Shown here piece by piece: positions 51,246 to 60,866 of a stretch of 64,000 bases of DNA (its first letter is position 1; the number at the start of each line of letters is the position of its first letter). A model generated the notes under the pieces. That model was not told the origin of the DNA and ran no database searches. It saw only the letters and a program-made list of their open reading frames with translations. The DNA is from a bacterium (GTDB lineage: Bacteria > UBA8248 > JACPRG01 > G963555815). Where the stretch lies: NCBI GenBank assembly GCA_965261595.1, contig CBDHDG010000005.1, positions 576,001 to 640,000 of the forward strand, given 5' to 3'. A program made the position numbers and the translations under genes.

Positions 51246-52099
51246 CGGCGGAAACGGCGGTGAAGAAGCCCTTGCCTTCCGCCGACCCGAAAAAGGGAGG
51301 GGGGATGGGGGGAGGGAAGGGCCGGGCGAAGCGACTCCAGCGGCGCTCGCGTCTTATCCAGGTCGCCTCGGTCTTGGGCGTCCTGGCGGTGTGGGAGGGC
51401 TTCGTCCGGCTGTTCGCCATCGAGCCGATCTTCCTGCCTTCCGTCACCTTCATCCTGCAAACATTCTGGGAATTGCTCTGGGACGGAACGCTTCCATGGC
51501 ACACATGGGCGACCATCATGCGCGTTCTGACCGGGTTTTTGGCCGCGGCCGTCGCCGGGGTCGCGGTCGGCGTCGGGATGGGGATGTCCCGGACTTTTCG
51601 AAACCTGTGCGACCCGCTCATCGCCGCGCTCTATCCCCTGCCCAAGATCACCCTGATCCCGCTCCTCATCATCTGGCTCGGCTCGGGCGAGGCGTACAAG
51701 TTTATCATCAGCGCCTTTACGGCCTTTTTCCCGATTGTCATCAATACGTACACGGGTCTGCGCCAAGTGGACGAGGGCCTGGTCAAGGCGGCCCGGGACC
51801 TCGGGGCCAACGAGCGCCGAATCCAGTTGGAAGTCATGATGCCGGCCGCCGTCCCCAGCATCTTCGCGGGTTTCCGATTGGGGATGGGGGTGGCCATCAT
51901 CCTGACGGTTGCTTCCGAGATGATCGCGAGCCAGAATGGGCTGGGGCGCTTCCTGGTCGAGGCGGGTGCCATCCTGGAGACGGAAAAGGTTTTCGCGGCC
52001 CTTTTTGTCATGGCGATTCTGGGAATCGTCGTGACCAAGGCCCAGGATTGGGCGGACATGTGGTTCGCCGCCTGGGCCTTTGAGACGCGGGAGCCGTGA
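51242..52099 (+). CDS. NitT/TauT-family ABC permease
   Basis: [20 protein letters not shown]-like loop, [10 protein letters not shown] and SEMIA. Confidence 0.9.
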   Translation: MTAETAVKKPLPSADPKKGGGMGGGKGRAKRLQRRSRLIQVASVLGVLAVWEGFVRLFAIEPIFLPSVTFILQTFWELLWDGTLPWHTWATIMRVLTGFLAAAVAGVAVGVGMGMSRTFRNLCDPLIAALYPLPKITLIPLLIIWLGSGEAYKFIISAFTAFFPIVINTYTGLRQVDEGLVKAARDLGANERRIQLEVMMPAAVPSIFAGFRLGMGVAIILTVASEMIASQNGLGRFLVEAGAILETEKVFAALFVMAILGIVVTKAQDWADMWFAAWAFETREP

Positions 52100-52151
52100 A
52101 GCCGCCGCGCTCGTTTGAACGCACCAACATTTCCGGAGGGGAGGAGCGACG

Positions 52152-53249
52152 ATGAGCGAAAAAAAGGGATGGACGCGGCGGCGGTTTATCCGCGCGGTGG
52201 GGGCCGGCACCGCGGTTGCCGGCCTGCCTGTGTACCTGAACCCGAGGGTCTCGCGGTCGGCCAAGATGACCAAGATCCTCTACGGCGAAGCCCCCTTTAT
52301 CAGCAAAGGGCCGAACATGATCGCCCTGGCCAAGGGCTTCTACAAGAAGATGGGTCTGGACGTGTCCTTCAAGTGGTTCTTCGACGGAGGCCTCGTCGTC
52401 GCGCCGCTCCTGGCGGGTGAGCTGGACATGGGCAGCCTGACCCCCTCGGCCGGCTTCTTCAACGCCGTCGCCCGGGGCGGCGACCTGACCATGTTCCTCG
52501 GCGGCGGCACCGAGTCCCGGCGGGACCGCGGCTACGTCGTCACCGTCGTCAGCCAGAAACTGTACGACCAAGGCATCCGTTCTCCGGGGGATCTCAAGAA
52601 GATCGCCGATCTGCCCGCCCACATGTCGGTGAAGGGAAGCATCAACGAGTACGCCCTGGACAAGACCTACCTGGCGGGCGGCGTCGATCCGCGGAAGATC
52701 CGCTACGACTACGGACTCCCCCAACCGAAGGCCATGCAGCTCATGATGAAAGGCCGGGTCAACATCTCGAACTTCGCCTGCCACTTCGCCTGGATCATGG
52801 CGAAGGCCAAAAAGGCCAGGATCATCGATCACGCCTCCGACTCGGCCACGGAGGCGATCATCTCCCTCTCCTCGTACTCCAGGAAGAAGATGGCCGATGT
52901 CGGACGCGAGAACTACGTCCGCTTCGCCATGGCCTTCCTCCAGGGCGTCAAGCTTTTCAATGAAGCGGCGGGCCAAAAGCCGCCCCCGAACGACATCATC
53001 GACATCCTGTCGAAGTACACGGTCTTCAAAGGGGAAAAAGGCCGAGGACTGATGAGGGGAATCGCGCCTCACTGGGCCTGGACCGAGCCGGACGCCAAGC
53101 CCAACAAAGCGACCCTCGCGAAGATGCAGGATCACTGGGTGGATTACCGCGGCTACGTCAAGAAAAAGGCGCCGATCGATCAGTTGGCCGATGCCAGCAT
53201 CGCCCATGAAGCGGCCATCCGGCTGAAGAAAGAGAAGCCTTTCGGCTGA
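52152..53249 (+). CDS. ABC substrate-binding protein (NMT1/SsuA-like) with Tat signal
   Basis: WTRRRFIR twin-arginine leader, KGFYKKMGLDV and LAGELD. Confidence 0.85.
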   Translation: MSEKKGWTRRRFIRAVGAGTAVAGLPVYLNPRVSRSAKMTKILYGEAPFISKGPNMIALAKGFYKKMGLDVSFKWFFDGGLVVAPLLAGELDMGSLTPSAGFFNAVARGGDLTMFLGGGTESRRDRGYVVTVVSQKLYDQGIRSPGDLKKIADLPAHMSVKGSINEYALDKTYLAGGVDPRKIRYDYGLPQPKAMQLMMKGRVNISNFACHFAWIMAKAKKARIIDHASDSATEAIISLSSYSRKKMADVGRENYVRFAMAFLQGVKLFNEAAGQKPPPNDIIDILSKYTVFKGEKGRGLMRGIAPHWAWTEPDAKPNKATLAKMQDHWVDYRGYVKKKAPIDQLADASIAHEAAIRLKKEKPFG

Positions 53250-53396
53250 AAAGCGCGAAGTCCCGCGCGGCCGCCGGCGGGGGTGGAGCTCACGGCGTTG
53301 ATCTCCGCCCCCGCCGTTTTTCCCGGGGCCGCGCCACCGGGAGAAACGCTCGGCGCCTGCCCGGCGAAAACCCCTCCCACGGAGGAAGCAACCCCC

Positions 53397-54737
53397 ATGT
53401 CTCCCCAAGTGAAGACCGCGAAGGGCCGAAGTGGCAAGGCCGCGGGTTCCTCCCTGAAGCGGCGCGCGGTTGAATTCCTGAATCAACGCGCCGGCCACAT
53501 GAACCGCGTGGCCCGGCAAATTTGGGAGAGGCCGGAGCTCGGCCTCGAAGAGCGTTATGCGGCGGCCCTTCTGGTCGAGGAGCTTGAAGACGCGGGCTTT
53601 CAGGTGGAAACGGGCGTGGCCGGAATGCCCACCGCCTTCGTCGCCCGCTGGGGGAAGGGCCGTCCGACCATCGGCCTCATCGCCGAGTACGACGCCGTTC
53701 CCAACTGCGGCCGAAAAAAAACGGAGAACGGCCACGGGTGCGGACACAACCTGTTCGGCACGGCGAGCGTCTCCGCCGGCATCGCGCTCAGGACCCTGAT
53801 GGAGGAGAAGGGCGTCAAGGGGACGATCAAGATGTTCGGCACGCCCGCGGAGGAAATGTTGCTCGGGAAGGTCGTCATGGTGAAGCACGGCCTGTTCGAC
53901 GGGCTGGACATCGCCCTTTCCTGGCATCCCGGCGAAGGGACGCATTCCGATTACGGTTCATTTATGGCCCTGGATTCGGTGACGTTCGAGTTTTTCGGCG
54001 AGAGCGCTCATGCCCAGATGGACCCGGAAAAGGGCCGCAGCGCCCTGGACGCCCTGGAGCTGATGAACGCGGGCGTCAGCCGCCTTCGCGCGCAGGCCCC
54101 GCCGGACACCGGGATTAATTACGTCATTCTCGAAGGCGGGCGGATTCCCATCGTCGTCGTGCCGTACGCCAAGGCGTGGTATTCGATTTGGACGCCCACG
54201 CGCGCCCAGACCGAAGGTGTCACGAAGGAGGTCAAGCGCATGGCGCGCGGGGCCGCCAAAGCCACGGGAACGCGCGTGAGAATCAAGCATGTCTCGGGCA
54301 CCTACCACCGTCTCCCCAACGTCGCCCTGGGAGAGTTGATCGATCGGAACCTGCGGTGGGTGGAGGCGCCGAAGTTCTCCAAAGCCGACAAGGCCTCGGC
54401 CCGAAAGCTCGGATTCAAAGAACCGCTGGTCGAGTGGGTGGAGCCCGCCGTCAAGGATCATCACCTCACACGGGTCAGCAATGACCAGTGCAACGTAAGC
54501 TGGCTGGTCCCGTTCGGCTTCTTCCGCACCACGTGCCGGGCGCCCGGCACGCCCCAACATCACTGGCTCGCGACACAGCAATACGGCTTGGCCATCGGCT
54601 GGAAGGGGATGCTCGCGGCCTCCAAGACGCTGGCCTGCACCGCCGTGGATCTGCTCACGCAACCGGCCGTTCTTCGGAAGATTCGCAAGGAATTCAGCGA
54701 AAAGACCCGGGGATTCCAGTATCGGTCGCCCATTTGA
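53397..54737 (+). CDS. M20 amidohydrolase (AbgB, aminobenzoyl-glutamate hydrolase-like)
   Basis: PELGLEE, AEYDA, GHGCGHN, GTPAEE, WHP and GRSALDA. Confidence 0.88.
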   Translation: MSPQVKTAKGRSGKAAGSSLKRRAVEFLNQRAGHMNRVARQIWERPELGLEERYAAALLVEELEDAGFQVETGVAGMPTAFVARWGKGRPTIGLIAEYDAVPNCGRKKTENGHGCGHNLFGTASVSAGIALRTLMEEKGVKGTIKMFGTPAEEMLLGKVVMVKHGLFDGLDIALSWHPGEGTHSDYGSFMALDSVTFEFFGESAHAQMDPEKGRSALDALELMNAGVSRLRAQAPPDTGINYVILEGGRIPIVVVPYAKAWYSIWTPTRAQTEGVTKEVKRMARGAAKATGTRVRIKHVSGTYHRLPNVALGELIDRNLRWVEAPKFSKADKASARKLGFKEPLVEWVEPAVKDHHLTRVSNDQCNVSWLVPFGFFRTTCRAPGTPQHHWLATQQYGLAIGWKGMLAASKTLACTAVDLLTQPAVLRKIRKEFSEKTRGFQYRSPI

Positions 54738-55003
54738 TTCGCGGAATATCCCCGCCGGTCTCGACCCGGTTCGGTCTCCTCCCCCTATCCATCCCGACCG
54801 GGATTTGGTATCATGCCATCCACCATGAAAGACCTCGGGATTGGCGACTCGGCCAAATCCGTTTGACAAATGCCCGAGCGAAATCCAAATTTTTCGTATA
54901 GACATGATTCCCGTTTCCGGCAGCCGGGTTGTCTTCGGCGCGCGCCGGCGGTTCCATGGCGAGACGGAGGGAATCCACTGAAGGGGCGTGTGGAGATCTG
55001 CCG

Positions 55004-56149
55004 ATGAGCGACGTTCTTTTTGAGATCACCAAGGACCATCTGGACACCGGACTGCGCGGCTTCCCCGTCGGTCACCTTTGGACCAGCAAGGTCGACCCCA
55101 TCAAGGGGCTCTACTACGTGGGACGGCCGATAGCGGAGCTTTGCGACCACGATCCCGAGCAGGTCATGTTTCTGCTCCTGAACAAGCGCTTTCCCTCCGA
55201 CACAGAGGACAAGGAATTCCGCGCCGACCTGACTCGGCGCGCCCGGAACTTCCCGAAAGGCGTTCTGGATCTGCTGAAGGCCCTGCCCCGGGAAGGCCAT
55301 CCCATGGAATGGTTCTTGGCGGGGCTTCTCTATCTCGGCATGTCCGGCAAGGAGGAGGATTACGCCGAAGACGGCTTGAACCTGATCGCCTGGGTGAACG
55401 AGCTGGTGGCGGCCATCTTCCGGATCCGGGCGGGCTGGGGCGATCTCATCCCGAGCGAGCCCGAGCGCGGATACGTGGAGAACTTCGCCCATATGCTGGG
55501 CGCGCCGGACGCCCATCCGGAAGCGACCCGGGTCCTGCGGCTGATGCACATCATGCACTACGACCACGGCGGCGGGAACCTGAGCACGCTCACGGGCAAG
55601 GCCGTCGCGTCGGGGCTCGCGGACATCTTCACGTCGATGGCGGCCGCCATGGCCGGACTGTACGGACCCCGCCACGGGCGCGCCAACCAGGACGCCCTGA
55701 ATTTCATCCGCGAAGTCGGCGACCCGGACCCGGAGCACGTCCGGAAATTCATCCAGAATTGCCTGGCGACCAAAAAGCTGGTGTTCGGTTTCGGTCACGC
55801 CGTCCTGCGCGCCGAAGACCCCAGGGCGACCATCGGCTACGGGGTGGGCGGGAAGTATTTCGCCGACGACGAGAACATCCGGATCGCCCTGACCCTGCGC
55901 ACGGAAGCCCCGCCCATCTTGAAGGAAACGGGGAAGATCGCGAACCCCTACCCCAATGTGGACGCCATCACGGGCTCCCTGTTGAACGCGATCGGCCTGA
56001 CCGACTCGGACTACTATACGGCCCTGTTCGGCTGGTCCCGCACGGTGGGCATCGCCGCGCAGATCATCGACGAGCGGGTCCACTTCCGAGGCGGCCGGGG
56101 CACGCCCATCTATCGCTGCGCCTACATCTACGAAGAAGCGCCCGACTGA
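55004..56149 (+). CDS. Citrate or 2-methylcitrate synthase
   Basis: DHGGGNLST, GPRHGRAN, GFGHAVLRAEDPR, PNVD and SR. Confidence 0.9.
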   Translation: MSDVLFEITKDHLDTGLRGFPVGHLWTSKVDPIKGLYYVGRPIAELCDHDPEQVMFLLLNKRFPSDTEDKEFRADLTRRARNFPKGVLDLLKALPREGHPMEWFLAGLLYLGMSGKEEDYAEDGLNLIAWVNELVAAIFRIRAGWGDLIPSEPERGYVENFAHMLGAPDAHPEATRVLRLMHIMHYDHGGGNLSTLTGKAVASGLADIFTSMAAAMAGLYGPRHGRANQDALNFIREVGDPDPEHVRKFIQNCLATKKLVFGFGHAVLRAEDPRATIGYGVGGKYFADDENIRIALTLRTEAPPILKETGKIANPYPNVDAITGSLLNAIGLTDSDYYTALFGWSRTVGIAAQIIDERVHFRGGRGTPIYRCAYIYEEAPD

Positions 56150-56375
56150 TCCCCGCCCGGCGGGTTGCTGAAAATCTTATCGTCGATGACCCGTTGGCCT
56201 CTTATCAGAGGCAAGTCCGTTCCGACGGTGTTCCATGGTCGGGAGCGGCTTGGCGTCCTCCCGTCTTTTTCGCTTCCCGCCGCCCCCTGAAAAACCGAGG
56301 TACAATCAATTGTGGGTCCGTCCGCGGGGCGGCGTCCATTCCAGTAATTTGACCGAGCCTCCAACCGGAGGTCCC

Positions 56376-57512
56376 ATGCAGACGCGCATCCGAAGCGTAT
56401 TAATGAGAGGCGGGACCAGCAAGGGGCTTTTCTTCCGGGAAGCCGATCTTCCCGAAGACCCCGCCCTGCGCGACGCCATACTCCTGCGCGTCATGGGCAG
56501 CCCCGACGCCCGCCAGATCGACGGCCTGGGCTCGGGGTTCTCAAGCGCGAGCAAAGTGGCCATCCTCGCGCCGCCCCTTGAGGACGGCGGTCCGGTCCGG
56601 TACACCTTCGGACAGGTCGGCATCGGCGCCGCAACCGTGGATTACCGGGGCAACTGCGGAAACCTCTCCGCGGCGGTCGGCCCCTTCGCCATCGAGGAGG
56701 GGTGGATCGAGGCGGTCGAGCCCGTCACCCGTGTCGAGATCCTCAACACGAACACCGGCAAGATGATCCTGGCCGAGGCGCCCGTCCGCGGGGGGATGTT
56801 CCAGGCCGAAGGAGACTGCTCGATCCCGGGGGTTCCCGGAACGGGGGCGCCCATCCACCTGAGCTACGAAGACCCCGGCGGCGCGGTGACCGGGGCGCTC
56901 CTGCCCACGGGCAAACGGTCGGAAACCGTGGCCGTCCCCGGAAGAGGGGAAATCGAGGTCTCCATTGTGGACGCCGGCAACCCGGCCGTTTTCGTTCGGG
57001 CGAAAGACCTCGGCCTCGAAGCGATCCCGACTCCGGGGGAGGTGGACGGGAGCCTGGAACTGATGGCTGCGCTGGAGCACATCCGGGCCGTCGCGGCGGA
57101 GCGTTGCGGTCTCGTCGAGGACGCCCGGGAGGCCGCGGACCGGTCTCCGGCTATCCCCAAAGTCGCCCTCGCGGCGCCGCCGGAAGGGGAGGCCCACCTC
57201 TCCGCCCTCATCATCTCGATGGGCAAGGCCCACGGGGCCTACGCCCTCACGGGGGCCATCGCCACGTGCGCGGCGGCGAAGATCCGGGGAACGGTGGTCC
57301 ACGCCGTCGCTCGGGAAACAGCGGAAGGGGGGGGGGAAGTCACCTTGCGGCACCCCTCCGGAGACCTGACGATGGAAGTGGACATGGAAGAGACGGAGGA
57401 CGGGATCAGGATCCGGTGGGTCAAGACCGTGCGGACGGCCCGGCGGCTGATGGAGGGGTTCGTCCTGGTCCCCGGGGATTTGTTGAAGGCGGGTCCGGCG
57501 GCGAACGTCTGA
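56376..57512 (+). CDS. prpF: PrpF/AcnD-accessory isomerase family
   Basis: MRGGTSKG, QIDGLG, SKVA, GNCGNLS, HPSG and RTARRLMEG. Confidence 0.9.
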   Translation: MQTRIRSVLMRGGTSKGLFFREADLPEDPALRDAILLRVMGSPDARQIDGLGSGFSSASKVAILAPPLEDGGPVRYTFGQVGIGAATVDYRGNCGNLSAAVGPFAIEEGWIEAVEPVTRVEILNTNTGKMILAEAPVRGGMFQAEGDCSIPGVPGTGAPIHLSYEDPGGAVTGALLPTGKRSETVAVPGRGEIEVSIVDAGNPAVFVRAKDLGLEAIPTPGEVDGSLELMAALEHIRAVAAERCGLVEDAREAADRSPAIPKVALAAPPEGEAHLSALIISMGKAHGAYALTGAIATCAAAKIRGTVVHAVARETAEGGGEVTLRHPSGDLTMEVDMEETEDGIRIRWVKTVRTARRLMEGFVLVPGDLLKAGPAANV

Positions 57513-57554
57513 CCCCGTCGATCTCCGAGCCGGGGGATCGAACCAGGAGATATT

Positions 57555-58463
57555 GTGGGAACGAGAGAGAATCCGGCGGAGCGGATCAGGCGTCTCATGG
57601 ACCGGCCGGGGATCATCACGGCCCCGGGGGCGTACGACGCCCTGACGGCCCGGCTTATCGGGGACGCCGGGTTTTCGGTGGTTTACGCCACGGGCGCGGG
57701 GATCTCGAACACCCAGCTCGGCCTGGCGGACAAGGGCCTTCTGAGCTTCGGCGAGATCCTCCACCAGGTGACCCGGATTGTCCATGCGACCGGCCTGCCC
57801 GTCATCGCCGACGCGGACACGGGGTACGGCGGTCCGGCGAACGTGGTCCGGACGGTGGTCGAGCTTGGCCGGGCGGGCGTGGGGGCGATCCAGATCGAGG
57901 ACCAGGTTTTCCCCAAGCAGTGCGGACACTTCGAGGGGAAAGCGGTGATTCCCCCGGCCGAGATGGTTGGAAAAATCGAGGCCGCCCTCGAAGCCCGAGC
58001 AACGCTTGGCGGCGGGGATGGCGAGGGTCTGGTGATTATCGCCCGGACGGACGCGCGGGAGGCGGAGGGCCTGGACGCGGCCATCGAGCGGGCGCGGGCT
58101 TACGCCGCCGCCGGCGCGGATCTCACGTTCGTCGAGGCTCCGCAAACCCGCGAGGAATTGGCGCGCGTCCCGAAGGAGGTCCCGCTGCCCCAAGTGGCCA
58201 ACATGGTCGAGGGCGGAAAAACGCCCCTCCTCTCCGGCCCGGAGCTCGATGAAATGGGCTTCAAGGTGGTCCTGTTCGCGAACTGCGTCCTGCGGGCGGG
58301 CGCCAAAGGGGTCCAGGATGTTCTGCGCGTTTTGAAAGGGGAAGGGACGACGGCCGGCCATCTGGATTCTCTCATCACGATGGAAGAACGGAACCGTCTG
58401 ACCCGCCTGGATGAGGTCAGCGAGTGGGACAGGAAATACGGAGGCCGCCCCGGAGACGCGTGA
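57555..58463 (+). CDS. Isocitrate lyase/PEP mutase family (PrpB or 2,3-dimethylmalate lyase-like)
   Basis: GAYDALTA, DADTGYG, IEDQVFPKQCGH, ARTD and NMVEGGKTP. Confidence 0.88.
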   Translation: MGTRENPAERIRRLMDRPGIITAPGAYDALTARLIGDAGFSVVYATGAGISNTQLGLADKGLLSFGEILHQVTRIVHATGLPVIADADTGYGGPANVVRTVVELGRAGVGAIQIEDQVFPKQCGHFEGKAVIPPAEMVGKIEAALEARATLGGGDGEGLVIIARTDAREAEGLDAAIERARAYAAAGADLTFVEAPQTREELARVPKEVPLPQVANMVEGGKTPLLSGPELDEMGFKVVLFANCVLRAGAKGVQDVLRVLKGEGTTAGHLDSLITMEERNRLTRLDEVSEWDRKYGGRPGDA

Positions 58464-58566
58464 AGGGGGGATTCCCTTTCAAAAAGAGCTCGTATGTTTC
58501 TCTCGGCGCGGCGCGATAGAATGCCGGCGCCGGCGCGTGGAATCGCGGGCATGGGAGCGACAGGCA

Positions 58567-59388
58567 TTGCGAATCGTTGAAGTCGGAGACATCCGGATCG
58601 GCGGGGGCGGTTTGACGCTCATCGCCGGTCCCTGCGTCATCGAGTCCGAGGAGGAAGCCCTGGCTGCGGCCGTTCGGCTGAAGGCGATCTGCGCCGGGGC
58701 CGGCGTCCCCCTCATCTACAAATCCTCTTTCGACAAGGCGAACCGCTCCTCGATCAAGTCCTTCCGGGGACCCGGGCGCGAAGCCGGGCTGGCGATCCTC
58801 CGCCGCGTCCGGGACGAGACCGGCCTTCCCGTCCTTTCCGACGTCCATTCGGTCGAGGATGTCGAGGCCGCCGCGCCGCACCTGGATATCCTCCAGATTC
58901 CCGCTTTTCTTTCCCGCCAGACGGACCTGTTGGCGGCCGCCGCGAAGACGGAGAGGCCGATCAACGTGAAGAAGGGCCAGTTCCTCGCGCCCTGGGACCT
59001 CGGGAACGTCGTCGAGAAGCTGGAATCGGCGGGGGCCGAGGGCATCCTGATCACCGAGCGGGGGACCTCGTTCGGGTACAACAACCTCGTCGCCGACCTG
59101 AGATCACTTGTGATCCTCAGGCAGTACGAATGGCCGGTGGTCTTCGACGTGACGCACAGCGTCCAGCTTCCGGGCGGGGGGGGGGACGTTTCGGGGGGAG
59201 ACCGGGGCTTCGTCCCGGCCCTGGCCCGGGCGGGCGCGGCGGTGGGCGTGAACGCGCTTTTCATCGAGTGTCACGCCGACCCGGACAGCGCCCTCTCCGA
59301 CGGCCCGAACATGCTTCCGCTCGACGACCTGCCGGAGCTGCTCGAATCGGTGAAGGCCATTCACGAACAAGTCTGGTCCCGTTTGTAG
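58567..59388 (+). CDS. kdsA: KDO 8-phosphate synthase
   Basis: IAGPCVIES, KSSFDKANRSS, PAFLSRQTD, KKGQF, ERG, DVTH and SDGPN. Confidence 0.95.
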   Translation: MRIVEVGDIRIGGGGLTLIAGPCVIESEEEALAAAVRLKAICAGAGVPLIYKSSFDKANRSSIKSFRGPGREAGLAILRRVRDETGLPVLSDVHSVEDVEAAAPHLDILQIPAFLSRQTDLLAAAAKTERPINVKKGQFLAPWDLGNVVEKLESAGAEGILITERGTSFGYNNLVADLRSLVILRQYEWPVVFDVTHSVQLPGGGGDVSGGDRGFVPALARAGAAVGVNALFIECHADPDSALSDGPNMLPLDDLPELLESVKAIHEQVWSRL

Positions 59389-59474
59389 GACCGGCCGAGC
59401 TTTTAACCAGGCGGTGCGGGAATCCGGGTCGGTTGACCCCCGGCCCGCCTTCATCTTTCGAGGGGAGAGAGCAG

Positions 59475-60062
59475 ATGAGCATGGACATCCCATTCGGCAC
59501 GTTCAACGACGAACTGCCCGGGGGTCGCACGAAGATCACCGCCTATGTGGACTGCGTGAACCTGGAGAGGATGCTTCATGAAGTGGAGGGCCACCAGGTC
59601 ACCGTCCTGACGAAGACCACCGCCTCCGGGAAGGAGAAAGTGGAGCTTGGGGGCCGTGAAGAGCGGTTGGCCTTCCGGGTGGACGAGCCGCCCCGGATTG
59701 GAGGGGGTGGCGAATTTCCGCAACCCCTTACGTACATCGCCGGCGGCGTCGGCGCCTGACTGCTGAGCAATTTGAAGATGTATTCTTCAATGATGAAACT
59801 CAGAATCCGGTCCGCGCGCGTTCACGTCGAGATGGATTTCTATCACGAAGGCTCCGTCCTCCGGGGGACGGTGAAGAGCGGCTGCTCGGAAACCCGGACG
59901 ATTTTTGAGCTGGAATCGGACGAGCCCGAGGACCGGCTCCTGCTTCTCATCCGGAACGCCAAGGGCGGGTGTTTCGCCGAGAACATGATCGAGCAAGCGG
60001 TTCCCCTGAAGAGCGTCATCAAGCTGAACGGCAGGGAGGTCGAGGTTCCGCCGGGTGGATGA
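59475..60062 (+). CDS. OsmC/Ohr-like protein, probable selenoprotein (UGA at codon 95)
   Basis: MSMDIPFG...VDEPPRIGGGGEFPQPLTYIAGGVGA-TGA(59757)-LLSNLKMY...AKGGCFAEN. Both halves are in one frame; hairpin at 59772-59790. Confidence 0.85.
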
Positions 60063-60175
60063 GGATTGTTGATTTGTGAAAGGGCCGGGGGGGACATCCT
60101 TCGGCTGTGCTCTGGACCGAAAGTATGAAATCGGGCGCGAACGGATTGGGCGGTTTGGCCTGAGGGCGTTCCATT

Positions 60176-60257
60176 GGGGCGGGTGCGGAGCCCCGCCGCT
60201 ACATCTGAGCGCCCTTTGGGTGTTTTCCATGTAAGGGCGGGGCTCCGTACCCGCCCC
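60176..60257. repeat. Inverted pair of GTAG-type REP-like hairpins between convergent genes
   Basis: GGGGCGGGTGCGGAGCCCCGCCGCTACA ... TGTAAGGGCGGGGCTCCGTACCCGCCCC; related to the unit at 28212. Confidence 0.65.
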
Positions 60258-60329
60258 CGCCTGACGTCGGACCACCCTCCCATCGAATGGGAACCACGGC
60301 CCCAGGGAGGAAATTGTGACTAACTAAGG

Positions 60330-60854
60330 TCAACCGGAAACTTTTCCGCTTTTTCCCGTCAGAAGCATCTCCAACAGGATCAGTCCCACGCCGGTGGTGA
60401 TGGCCGAATCGGCGACGTTGAAGGTCGGCCAGTGGTAGGTCCCCGCGTAAAAATCGAGGAAGTCCACGACTGACTGGTGGACGAGGCGGTCGATGAGGTT
60501 GCCCACCGCCCCGCCCAGGACCAGGGAGAGCCCCAAGCGGTGGAGACGCTGGGCGGGGTCGGTCTTTCGGTAGTAGTAGACAATGCCGACGGAGACGATG
60601 AGCGTGGTGATGATGAAGAAGGGGATGACCCAGGCCGGGTCCCCCGACGCGAGGAAACTGAACGCCGCTCCGGAGTTTCGGACATAGGTCAGATTGAAGA
60701 AGCCGTCGATAACGGGGATGGACTCGCCCAGAAAAAAACGCCTCTGAACGATGACCTTCGTGACCTGATCCAGCAGGACCACCGCCGCCGCGATGGACAC
60801 CAGGGGCGCGAGGCGCGTCTTCCCGGCCGATTTTGACGCGGTGGCCGCGTTCAT
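60330..60854 (-). CDS. lspA: Signal peptidase II
   Basis: DQVTK, NSGAAFS, GNLIDR, VVDF and FNVAD. Confidence 0.95.
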   Translation of the reverse strand: MNAATASKSAGKTRLAPLVSIAAAVVLLDQVTKVIVQRRFFLGESIPVIDGFFNLTYVRNSGAAFSFLASGDPAWVIPFFIITTLIVSVGIVYYYRKTDPAQRLHRLGLSLVLGGAVGNLIDRLVHQSVVDFLDFYAGTYHWPTFNVADSAITTGVGLILLEMLLTGKSGKVSG

Positions 60855-60866
60855 CTCACCCGCCCA

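Noticed and set aside
56160..56300. IS-end-like sequence (GGGTTGCTGAAAA) between citrate synthase and prpF
   Set aside because: No matching inverted partner, transposase or second copy was seen.
42853..59759. Genome-wide UGA reassignment (genetic code 4 or 25)
   Set aside because: Many genes end in TGA, prfB is intact with its UGA-dependent frameshift, and both internal UGAs sit at catalytic Cys positions.
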